Shown in pieces: positions 10,712-19,135 of a stretch of DNA of 64,000 nucleotides. The notes below the pieces were generated by a model, which was not told the DNA's origin, searched no databases, and saw nothing but the letters and a program-made list of their open reading frames with translations. A program made the position numbers and the translations under genes. Source of the DNA: Trueperaceae bacterium (GTDB lineage Bacteria; Deinococcota; Deinococci; Deinococcales; Trueperaceae). Numbering within the stretch: the first letter of the stretch is position 1; each line of letters begins with the position of its first letter. Location: NCBI GenBank assembly GCA_965213925.1, contig OZ243927.1, positions 448,001 to 512,000 on the forward strand, given 5' to 3'.

Positions 10712-11883
10712 AGGATATGAGCAATGACCTCGAGTCGGAGATTCACGAAAGCGAACGCGAGCGCCGCTGGCGGCTCGTTCTAGGCACTGAAGCCTCGGAC
10801 AGCATCGGCGTGTCGCTTTCCGCCGCCGACGCGGGTATGGACGCCGCCCTCGCCGCGCTCTACGACACAGAAGGCCGGCGCGGCGGGCTCGGCGCGTCCG
10901 CACCCAAGGTGGCACGCTGGCTCGGCGATATTCGCGGCTACTTTCCAAGCAGCGTGGTGAGGGTGATGCAGCGAGACGCTTTAGAGCGCCTCAACCTGCG
11001 GCAGATGCTCCTAGAGCCTGAGATGCTCGAGGTAGCCGAAGCCGATGTGCATCTAGTCGCCAATCTAGTCTCGCTAAGCAGCGTCATCCCCGAAACGACC
11101 AAGGATACGGCGCGTCAAGTCGTGCGTCAGGTCGTGGACGAACTGCTCCGCAAGCTCGCCGGTCCCACCGAACAGGCGGTCAAGGGCGCGCTGAACCGCG
11201 CCGCGCGCAACCCCCGTCCGCGCTATAACGAAATCGACTGGCCGCGCACCATCCGCGCCAACCTCAAGCACTATCAGCCTGAGTACAAAACCGTTATTCC
11301 CGAAAAGCGCATCGGCTATGGGCGCAAGCGCGCGTCCCTGCGCGACGTGATCCTCTGCCTCGACCAGAGCGGGTCGATGGCGACGTCGGTGGTCTATTCG
11401 GGGATTTTCGGCGCGGTGCTCGCCTCGCTCCCTGCGCTCAAAACGCGCCTCGTCGCCTTCGACACGAACGTCGCCGACTTGAGCGAAGACCTGCGAGACC
11501 CCGTGGACCTCCTCTTCGGCGTGCAGCTCGGCGGCGGCACCGATATCAACCGCGCTCTCGGCTACTGCCAGACGCGAATTACGCGCCCCCAAGACACTAT
11601 TTTGGTCCTTATCAGCGACCTCTTCGAGGGCGGCAACGCAGAGGAGATGCTGAAACGCGCCGCCGCTTTAGTGGATTCTGGCGTGCAGATGATCGCGCTT
11701 TTGGCGCTCAGCGACGACGGCGCGCCGAGCTACGACCACCGCGTCGCTGAAGCGTTCGCGAGCCTGGGTATCGTGTCGTTCGCCTGCACGCCGGAGCTGT
11801 TTCCAGAGCTGATGGCGGCGGCTATCAACCGTCAGGATTTAGAGCAGTGGGCGGCGAAGCGTGACATCGTGGTGGCGCGTTAG
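10708..11883 (+). CDS. VWA domain protein (YehP/CoxE-like)
   Basis: RRWRLVLG N-terminus, MIDAS DQSGS, GGGTD, ISD; ATGA overlap with the upstream gene. Confidence 0.9.
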   Translation: MKDMSNDLESEIHESERERRWRLVLGTEASDSIGVSLSAADAGMDAALAALYDTEGRRGGLGASAPKVARWLGDIRGYFPSSVVRVMQRDALERLNLRQMLLEPEMLEVAEADVHLVANLVSLSSVIPETTKDTARQVVRQVVDELLRKLAGPTEQAVKGALNRAARNPRPRYNEIDWPRTIRANLKHYQPEYKTVIPEKRIGYGRKRASLRDVILCLDQSGSMATSVVYSGIFGAVLASLPALKTRLVAFDTNVADLSEDLRDPVDLLFGVQLGGGTDINRALGYCQTRITRPQDTILVLISDLFEGGNAEEMLKRAAALVDSGVQMIALLALSDDGAPSYDHRVAEAFASLGIVSFACTPELFPELMAAAINRQDLEQWAAKRDIVVAR

Positions 11884-11928
11884 TGCTCGAGACGCAAGAG
11901 GTCGCGCAAACTCACCGAGGAGCGTCCG

Positions 11929-12435
11929 CTACTGAACGACCACGCGGTAGACGAACGCCTCTTCTTGGGCGGGCTCCATCGGCACGAGGAGCGTCCAACG
12001 GACGGCGGTGTAGTCGCTCGGGGTGACGCTCTCTCCTGAGCCGCCCGTGGTGCTTTCGCCTGAACCGGAGAGGGGCGGCTCGCTGTAGGTTTGACCGTCC
12101 GCCGTGAACTCGGTTAAGACCCGCTCGGAGGTCGGCGTGGCGGAGCCGTCAACGTAGCGCGTGCTTTCGGGGACGGGTCCGGTGATGACGACCGTGCCGG
12201 CAGGCAGCGTCGTGTCCTCCTGATTTCTAGCAATCAGGCGGTATTCGACGACCTGCCCCGGCCGTGCGGTCGAGGCGGCGCTAAAGCGCTCTTGCACGTT
12301 GCCGTCGTCGCCCGTCACCTCGCTGACGACGAACGCTTCGACGCCTACGGAAACGGGCTCCGAACCGCTTTCGCCGCCCGTCTGCGCCCACGCGGTTGTC
12401 GCGGTAAGAAGGATTAAAAAGAGAACTTTGAGCAC
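11929..12435 (-). CDS. Secreted protein with a DUF11-like beta-sandwich domain
   Basis: Signal peptide ending AWA-Q; ARPGQVVEYRL, TGPVPESTRYVDGSA, VRW; GGAGG RBS. Confidence 0.65.
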   Translation of the reverse strand: MLKVLFLILLTATTAWAQTGGESGSEPVSVGVEAFVVSEVTGDDGNVQERFSAASTARPGQVVEYRLIARNQEDTTLPAGTVVITGPVPESTRYVDGSATPTSERVLTEFTADGQTYSEPPLSGSGESTTGGSGESVTPSDYTAVRWTLLVPMEPAQEEAFVYRVVVQ

Positions 12436-12731
12436 GGTTGCCTCCAGAGAGTTTAGTACAACTTCCGACTGTTTCCTTTACCAGGCCGAGCGAAGCGAGT
12501 AAGAACAGGTATTTGCGTAGGTTTGCTGTAAGCGAAACGGATAGCGCGGTAGGGACATGTCCCCAAACGCTCGTCTCGGTGATAGGAAATATAGCAAAAT
12601 CCATGTGATGCGGTACCTTTTACTTGCTCCATCCTTGTTTTATCGTGCCTGACTCTACCTTCAAATATATGAGAGAAACGTTAAAACGCGCTAGAAACGG
12701 CTCGAGCCGTGCGCCATCCGAACGAATTACA

Positions 12732-14234
12732 TTACCCCGATGATACCCGCCGCGCGTCCCAACGCCGTTCCTCCGCGACCCCTCTGCTAACGACTTGCGG
12801 CACGCTGCCTACCCCGAGCCCTAAAAGCGCCCAGACGAGCGGGTCGACGTTTTGCGTCGCGAACCAAAACATGCCGTAGAGGAGATAGGTCGCAAGCGCG
12901 AACAGCGTCGCGAGGGCTAAGGGGGTGCGCGCCTGATAGAGCAGCTTCGCGCAGGAGAGCAAAAAACCCATAAAGAGGAGCAGCGCAGGCACACCGCTCG
13001 CAAAGGCGATATCTAAAAAGTAGTTGTGGACGCCGTACGGGTTCATCGCAGTGAGGGTGAGGGTGCCTGTGTCGGGGTGCGTATAGATGGCGAGCTTGCC
13101 GACGCGCAGCGCGTCTTTAGCGATAGGGGCGGGCAGAAATTCGTACATGAGCGTGTCAGCCTGTTCGGGCGTGGCGAGCGGCCACACGACGTTGGCGAGT
13201 GCGTACGCGCCGTGACCCGTCAACGGGCGCTCTAGGGTGGCTTTCGCGGCTACGCGCCAGAGGATCATGCGGTGCGAAACGTTGGGGTCCTCGCCCTGCA
13301 CCGCCGCGCCGATGCGCCCCACGCGAAACTGCGCATGAGACGAGGTCTGCAGAACGCCCAAGCCCGCCGCAAGCGCGAGCATGCCGAGGAGCAAAACGCG
13401 CTTTCGGTATAGTTTCTTATAGAAGATATAGCCGCTGAGAACGCCGAGCACGAGAACGGCGGCGAGCAGCCCGGCGCGTCCGCCGCTGGCGACCAGGGCG
13501 GCAGCCAACACCGCCACAAGCACCCCGTCGATGAACCTGAGTCGCGCCTCGAGCGAACGCCACGCGAACCAGAACACGAGCGCGACGCCCACAAACGCCG
13601 AGACGTACGCCTGGTGCCCCATCGACGCCAAGAGGTTCGGGCGCAGCGCCGTCTGCGGGTCGAGCAGCGACAGCGGCTCGAAGCCGTGCGCCTCGCTGAG
13701 CGTCCAAAGACCGACGAGCGCCGCGCCGCCTATCATCATAGCGAGAGGGATACGTAGCGGCAGTACGCGGCTCGAGGCGAGCACCGCCGCGATTAGGGCG
13801 AGGCTGTACCAGGCGCTCTCGAGCAGCTTGATCACGACGCTCTCCGCTTGACTGCTCAATAAGGGCAAGCCGAAATTGAGATTTGCGGGGCTAAAGAGAC
13901 TGGCGACGATAAGCGCCGCGACGAACGCGCCGAGCCATAAAAACGTGGTCTGCGCTTGCGGCGGCACGAGGTGAGCGAGCAGGTGAGCAAAGGGCACGCC
14001 GCGCCGCCGCAACCGCTCAGCCCGCCACACTACCAGCGCGACCCCGAGCACCCAGAGCAGCACGAAGGTGATGACCTTAGGGACGAGCGTCTCGATCTGC
14101 TCCTCCTCGCGAAAGTCGGCAACTGAAGTAGGAAACGCCCGCATGAGCGCGTCAGGCAAGCGCCCTAGCGGAAACACGACGAAGATGAGCGACCAAAAAA
14201 GGAGATGATAGGTGCGTTCTGTAACATTAAACAT
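12732..14234 (-). CDS. O-antigen ligase family (WaaL/PglL-like) membrane protein
   Basis: Many TM helices, SGGRAG, R..LW..A.....ERPLTGHG, HNYFLD...SG motifs. Confidence 0.8.
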   Translation of the reverse strand: MFNVTERTYHLLFWSLIFVVFPLGRLPDALMRAFPTSVADFREEEQIETLVPKVITFVLLWVLGVALVVWRAERLRRRGVPFAHLLAHLVPPQAQTTFLWLGAFVAALIVASLFSPANLNFGLPLLSSQAESVVIKLLESAWYSLALIAAVLASSRVLPLRIPLAMMIGGAALVGLWTLSEAHGFEPLSLLDPQTALRPNLLASMGHQAYVSAFVGVALVFWFAWRSLEARLRFIDGVLVAVLAAALVASGGRAGLLAAVLVLGVLSGYIFYKKLYRKRVLLLGMLALAAGLGVLQTSSHAQFRVGRIGAAVQGEDPNVSHRMILWRVAAKATLERPLTGHGAYALANVVWPLATPEQADTLMYEFLPAPIAKDALRVGKLAIYTHPDTGTLTLTAMNPYGVHNYFLDIAFASGVPALLLFMGFLLSCAKLLYQARTPLALATLFALATYLLYGMFWFATQNVDPLVWALLGLGVGSVPQVVSRGVAEERRWDARRVSSG

Positions 14235-14378
14235 GGAGGGAAAAGGGGCGCTTTCTAAAGGGTTTTTATCTGGTTACCTCGAGCCCATAACCAAAGCCGA
14301 GGTTCGTTAGTTCCAGCTTATACCACTAGACTACATTAGAGAGGTGCAAAGGACGCTTTTCAGTTTTTTCCAGGCAGC

Positions 14379-14634
14379 AGTACTGTGGCGGATCGGGGCA
14401 AATAAACGCATATTTCAGCTCACAAGTACCCCTACAAAATGAGTTTCAACTGCTCCGAAAGATTACGCGAACAGCGCTGCTTCGTAGGGGTGGGTTTGAA
14501 ACCCACCTCTACCACGCCAAAACGTTCTCTGTCATCCATAAGCAGCACCGAGATTCATAACTTTGACAGACGTTATTTCTTACTTGATGCTGTAAGTACT
14601 GTGCTGGACTGAAACAGATAAACGCATAGTTCAG
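14379..14634. repeat. Two degenerate 40-bp direct repeats (14379-14418, 14595-14634) enclosing a GTAG-type REP-like palindrome
   Basis: AGTACTGTG..GGA..G...CA.ATAAACGCATA.TTCAG, 31/40 identical; GTAGGGGTGGGTTTGAAACCCACCTCTAC at 14484-14512. Confidence 0.65.
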
Positions 14635-14707
14635 ACTTATTCGTCTCTTGACCCTTGCACGCTACCCTTTTAGGTCGCGCTGCTACCACTCACTTCTACC
14701 TCTTACT

Positions 14708-15652
14708 TTAGCTGAGGAGCTTGTCCAACTCGCTGGCGATGTGCGCGTGCTGAAAGACGAACCCCTCCGCTTGCAGTCTGGCGGGCATGACTTTGGCGCT
14801 CGGCAAGAGGAGCGCGTCAGCGACTTCGCCAAGTGCTAGGCGCAACAGCGGGGCGGGCGTCGGGAAGATAGCGGGTCGACCTAAGCGCCGCGCCGCCCTC
14901 TCGATAAGGTCGATCTGACGCACGGGCTCCGGCGCGGTAAGGTTGTAAGCGCCTTCACTTTCATCGTTCTCCACAAGAAAGAGCATCGCCCGCGCGAGGT
15001 CGTCCGCGTCGACCCACGGGTACCACTGCTCCCCGTCGCCGAAGCGTCCGCCTACAAAGAGCTTGACGGGCAAGAGCATCTTTTGCCAAGCGGGTGCGTC
15101 TTTCGCGAGAACGAGCCCAATGCGGCCGATCACGAGGCGTGCGCCGTTCGCGTCCTCGGCGGCCGCTTCCCACGCCTTACATACGTCCGCGAGAAAGAAA
15201 CCCTCGGCGGGCGGCGCGTCCTCGGTCAGCTCGACCTCGCCCGCGTCGCCGTAGTAGCCCGTCGCCGAGCCTTGCAGCCAGACGCCCGGCGGCGCAGGGC
15301 TGCGTTTATGCGCCGCCAAGAGCGTCGCTGTGCTGTCGACACGGCTCTCCAACACGCGGCGCTTGTGGTCTTCGTCCAGCCTACCGTCCGCGATGGACGC
15401 GCCCGCGAGGTTGACGAGCGCCGCCGCGCCCGAGAGCGCCTCGCCGACCCTGAGGAGAGCCGCCTCATCCTCCTCTTTCGCCGCGGTCGGGTTCCACGTC
15501 ACGGCGGTGACGCCCGCGGGCGTTTGAACGTTGCTGCGGCGCGTCAAAATACGGACGTCGTAGCGTCCTAGCGCCTGACGGACGAGGTGCGTACCGACCA
15601 CGCCGGACGCGCCCGCGATGACCAAAGTAGGACGTGCTTGCTGGTGTTCCAT
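14708..15652 (-). CDS. TIGR01777-family NAD-dependent epimerase/oxidoreductase
   Basis: GASGVVG, VNLAGASI, SRVDST, SATGYYG, FLADVCKAWE, GDGEQWYPWV. Confidence 0.88.
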   Translation of the reverse strand: MEHQQARPTLVIAGASGVVGTHLVRQALGRYDVRILTRRSNVQTPAGVTAVTWNPTAAKEEDEAALLRVGEALSGAAALVNLAGASIADGRLDEDHKRRVLESRVDSTATLLAAHKRSPAPPGVWLQGSATGYYGDAGEVELTEDAPPAEGFFLADVCKAWEAAAEDANGARLVIGRIGLVLAKDAPAWQKMLLPVKLFVGGRFGDGEQWYPWVDADDLARAMLFLVENDESEGAYNLTAPEPVRQIDLIERAARRLGRPAIFPTPAPLLRLALGEVADALLLPSAKVMPARLQAEGFVFQHAHIASELDKLLS

Positions 15653-15655
15653 AAC

Positions 15656-16216
15656 TCACCATAGCGGACGCTTTGGGGAAGGAGTAGGCGCTGCGGAACG
15701 AAAGAGCTTTTTATACACTCGCGCAGGCAGGACCATCTGAAGCGTCATGCCGCCCCCTTCCAAGTTCCCGCTGAGCTGTACGAGCATCGCTTTTTTGAAC
15801 TTTAAGCTGACCTCCCAAGCGTCCCCCGTCAAGAGGTAAGAGGTCAGCTCGCTCAGATGGGGCTCGTGACCGACGAGCGCGATGTGGACGTCGTTTGTAG
15901 CTTCATCTCCCGAGTTATCCACAGCCTTATCCACAAGCTGCGCGAGGAGCTGCGGATAGCGCGAAGAGGTCAGTTCGACGAGCGTTTCTATCTCCCCGTC
16001 GGAATGTGCGCTAAGCGGCGCAGCCGTTTCTAGCGCCCTAGTATAAGGACTCGAGAACAGCCTGCCGAACCTTATGTCTAAAACGCTCAGCGCCTTCGCC
16101 AGCGCTTTCGCCTGTTTGTGACCCTTGGCGACGAGCGGGCGCACGCTGTCGTCGGGATACCGGGGACCGCGCGCGTCGGCTTGCGCGTGGCGGATGAGGT
16201 AGAGCGTCACGTCCAC
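15656..16216 (-). CDS. sixA: Phosphohistidine phosphatase SixA
   Basis: LYLIRHA, RPL..KG, SSPYTRALETA, LVGHEP. Confidence 0.8.
   Translation of the reverse strand: MDVTLYLIRHAQADARGPRYPDDSVRPLVAKGHKQAKALAKALSVLDIRFGRLFSSPYTRALETAAPLSAHSDGEIETLVELTSSRYPQLLAQLVDKAVDNSGDEATNDVHIALVGHEPHLSELTSYLLTGDAWEVSLKFKKAMLVQLSGNLEGGGMTLQMVLPARVYKKLFRSAAPTPSPKRPLW
15915..15935 (+). promoter_or_regulatory. Two tandem perfect DnaA-box consensus 9-mers inside sixA
   Basis: TTATCCACA at 15915-15923 and 15927-15935; function not established. Confidence 0.35.
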
Positions 16217-16220
16217 GCTT

Positions 16221-16847
16221 TTAGGTCCATGTGCCTAAACTGAGCAAGGCCAAGGAGCGCTCGAGCTTATTCACGCCGCTAGGGGTGAGCGCGACGAGCC
16301 CGTCCAGGACCTCCGCGACGCGCTCCAGGTCGGCGTCTGCGCGCAGCGCCTCGATCTCCAGCTCTGAAAAATGCACGCTCACCTCACCGCCTCGCTGCCT
16401 CGCCACGACGCTGTCGAAGGAAAGCTCCGCGAAGGGGTCGCCGCGTCGTCCTACCAGATAGCGCGTGCGCTCCGTGCTCAGCGCCAGCACGGGCTGCAAC
16501 ATGGTGAGCGGCGCGACCTCCGCGACCTTCATGCGAACCTCTTGCGGCCAAGCCTCGCCCTCCAATGGAAGCTCGAGTTCGTCTCTCGTGTGCAACGCGC
16601 CCCGCGCCGTTCCCGCCGCCTTGAGCGTCGCGAGTGGCGCGCCGCCGTCGATGACGCGCCGCCTCAGCGCTAAGCCCGCCCGCTTCAGATGCTCCCTTCT
16701 CGTGTCGAAATAGAGATCGTCGTGCCTTTCCACGCGCTGAGGTCCGAGGCTGAAACCTTCCTCCGCTAAACTGAGCCGCAGCGCCTCGGTCTCGGGCGGC
16801 TCATCCATGAGAGAAAACTTGAGTTCGCGCTCTGTCTGGAAGTCCAT
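16221..16847 (-). CDS. CYTH domain protein (triphosphate tunnel metalloenzyme)
   Basis: ExExK motif (ERELKF), DLYFDT, ALRRR, TLK, ELEIE. Start moved to ATG 16847, which has TACACT 5 nt upstream. Confidence 0.85.
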   Translation of the reverse strand: MDFQTERELKFSLMDEPPETEALRLSLAEEGFSLGPQRVERHDDLYFDTRREHLKRAGLALRRRVIDGGAPLATLKAAGTARGALHTRDELELPLEGEAWPQEVRMKVAEVAPLTMLQPVLALSTERTRYLVGRRGDPFAELSFDSVVARQRGGEVSVHFSELEIEALRADADLERVAEVLDGLVALTPSGVNKLERSLALLSLGTWT

Positions 16848-16980
16848 AGAACAGTGTAGCGCACACGAAAAGAGGGTGGCTCGAGGTGTAGCGCTACCAT
16901 CCTTTAGCCCACCTCCCTTCAGCCCAACTCGCCACACTCGAGAGGTCACGTCTCGCGCTTCTGAATTTCTTTTGAGAAGA

Positions 16981-17216
16981 CTCAGTGCAGCGTTAAGTAA
17001 AAAACAACATATGCTATTCTGTTCACGAAGTCTGACGTTAAGCCTTGCGGAGCGTAGCGGAGAGAAAGAATCTCGTCCCCTATTCTCGACTAGCTGAGAT
17101 TGCGAGTTACAAAGTTTTGGCAGTGGTCAAACGAGACCCTTCGACAACCGGGCTTCGCCATACTTCGTGAACAAGGTGACAACAGTGTCGCACTCCTTGC
17201 TTAACGGTGTACTTAG
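16981..17216 (-). mobile_element. MITE-like inverted-repeat element, family A, copy 1 (reverse orientation)
   Basis: Imperfect terminal IRs CTCAGTGCAGCGTTAAGTAA / TTGCTTAACGGTGTACTTAG; ends match the reverse complement of 35881-36070. Confidence 0.6.
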
Positions 17217-17260
17217 CGCAGTAATGACGGTGCAAAAGCCACCTGAGCGGTGACGCCTAA

Positions 17261-18022
17261 CTACCAGTACAGGTCGTAGCGTGTATTTTTACTCCTTACT
17301 TCAGCGCTGGGAGTTCTCTCGCCTAGTACGGGAGCACTCCGCGGACGCTTCACCACGACGCGCTTTTTAGCGCACGTCAAGGCGCTGTTCAGCAGCGTGT
17401 GCGCGTCCGCATCGTCCCCTACGAGGTCTCGGAAGAGACGCATCTCTTTTTTCTGCAGCGCGGACCCCTTGCCGTGTGGGTACATCGGGTCTAAGTAGAC
17501 GACGTCGGGGCGTTCGGCGTCCGTAAGGGCGCGCATAACGTGCGCCGCCTGTCCGACGCTCAGCGACATGCGCGCAACGATATAAGAGACTTCAGACTCG
17601 GGCCCGGCCCGCCTCAACCCGTCCTCTAAAAGCGCCCCGATGATGGGCGAGCGCTCCACGAGGTGAACCGTACAGCCGAGCGTCGCCAGCACGAAAGCGT
17701 CTCGACCGAGCCCCGCGGTGGCGTCCAGGACGTGCGGCGCGTTCTGTCCTTTCAGACCTACCGCCCTCGCTAGCGGCTGCTTTCTGCCCCCACCGAACCG
17801 CCGCCGGTGCGCCGCTTTGCCCCCCACGAAGTCCACGTAAACGGACCCTGTAGACGCGCCGACTTCGCGCAGCTCGAGCCGCTCCCGCGTCCAAACGAGC
17901 AAGAGGTCGGCGTCAGGGTCCTCGAGCGGGACGAGGGGCAGACCCAACGCTCGAGCGAGGTTCTCCGCCCGCTCAGTGAGCAGTGGAGAAGAGGTCGTGA
18001 CAGCGACGCGCATGGCGTTCAT
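17261..18022 (-). CDS. rsmJ: 16S rRNA m2G1516 methyltransferase RsmJ
   Basis: VYVDFVGG..AHRRRFGGG, VLDATAGLGRDAFVLA, VYLDPMYP, VVVKRP, TRYDLY. Confidence 0.88.
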   Translation of the reverse strand: MNAMRVAVTTSSPLLTERAENLARALGLPLVPLEDPDADLLLVWTRERLELREVGASTGSVYVDFVGGKAAHRRRFGGGRKQPLARAVGLKGQNAPHVLDATAGLGRDAFVLATLGCTVHLVERSPIIGALLEDGLRRAGPESEVSYIVARMSLSVGQAAHVMRALTDAERPDVVYLDPMYPHGKGSALQKKEMRLFRDLVGDDADAHTLLNSALTCAKKRVVVKRPRSAPVLGERTPSAEVRSKNTRYDLYW

Positions 18023-18038
18023 TCTAAGAGGTGGAGCA

Positions 18039-18216
18039 CTTAGTACATCGTTAAGTAAGTATTGATACTTATTACTGATGTCACCCTGAGCCGAAGGCGT
18101 AAGGGTCTCGCCTTTCGTTCTCTGTCAGAGGAGTCAGCAAGGGCAGAGATTCGTTCACTCCGCTGTCGCTGCGTTCAGAATGACATGCTTCACTTTTTAG
18201 CTAACAGAGCACTTAG
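18039..18216 (+). mobile_element. MITE-like inverted-repeat element, family A, copy 2
   Basis: TAGTACATCGTTAAGTAA...GTCACCCTGAG...CAGAATGACATGCTTCACTTTTTAGCTAACAGAGCACTTAG; right end nearly identical to 36031-36070. Confidence 0.6.
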
Positions 18217-18340
18217 AGGAGTGTTACCAAAGAGGTGCAAAACGGAGCGCCCCGGCGATTGTAGTTGAGACTGGTATCTGAGCGAGATCAATTTGTTACC
18301 TTAAATATTAAGGTATTTTATGAATCTTTAGGAGGTTCAC

Positions 18341-18724
18341 ATGGCAGTTGACGATTTGAGGCAGAACAGGATGATGACGCATTTATTAGAGGCGCTCGAG
18401 GACGGCAAAGACATCGGTCACTACGGGCGTTTGGTCTTTACGATGGTGGCGCGGCACTTCGTGGACAACGAAGAACTCGTCGACCTCTTGGCGCAGGATA
18501 AGGACGAGGATAAAGATGAGGCGAGAGGTTTGGTGCAGCAAGTCGAGGACGCCGACTACAGCCCGCCTAGCCGCGACACGATCCTGGGCTACCATAAGCA
18601 GCAGGATTTCCCTATCCTACCCGACGCCGACGACCCGGATGTCGGCAACGTCTATCAAGATTTGACCTTTCCCGACCACGTGTACGAGAGCATCGCCGAG
18701 TACCGTGAGCAGAAGGCGACTTAG
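18341..18724 (+). CDS. Conserved hypothetical protein resembling the primase large-subunit C-terminal (PriL-CTD/PriX-like) domain, without cysteines
   Basis: AGGAGG RBS; M..LL..L..G..IGHYGRLVF and YSPPSRDTI patterns. The ORF is solid but the fold call is an inference. Confidence 0.7.
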   Translation: MAVDDLRQNRMMTHLLEALEDGKDIGHYGRLVFTMVARHFVDNEELVDLLAQDKDEDKDEARGLVQQVEDADYSPPSRDTILGYHKQQDFPILPDADDPDVGNVYQDLTFPDHVYESIAEYREQKAT

Positions 18725-18772
18725 GGTATTACTGTTAGAACCGGGTTGCGATAGGTCGCAATAGTTTTAGGT

Positions 18773-18811
18773 AGAGGAGGAGAACCGCGAAGGTCCTCCT
18801 CCTCTGTCTTT
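18773..18811 (+). terminator. Probable intrinsic terminator
   Basis: AGAGGAGGAGAACC-GCGAA-GGTCCTCCTCCTCT hairpin followed by GTCTTT. Confidence 0.55.
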
Positions 18812-19135
18812 GGGTCGGTCACGGCTCTGCTTAGACGATGCAATATCGAATGGTGCGAGGTTACGTTGCAACCCGCTGTAGCAGAGCGCCTTAGCCGGTC
18901 TGCGTAGAGACGTTCGACCTGGCGCTGCAGCCGAAGCGACATCGGCGAAACGGTTGCGTGAAGGAAACGTTAAAACTTTGCGCCCTAGACACCCTATATG
19001 TCACAGTCAAACCTCTTGAAATGCTATAAGTTGGGTTTATGTAACACGCGCTGACTGTCTGCTCAGACTTGTCTGGGTTGTTCACTACTATCAGCACGAC
19101 GCACATTACGTCATAGAATTGCTTTATAAGGGGTC

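Noticed and set aside
15915..15935. oriC
   Set aside because: Only two boxes, intragenic, with no AT-rich unwinding element or dnaA/dnaN nearby.
18820..18960. Possible riboswitch or ncRNA (GCTCTGCT...AGCAGAGC pairing)
   Set aside because: Only a short stem and no recognisable aptamer consensus; needs an Rfam search.
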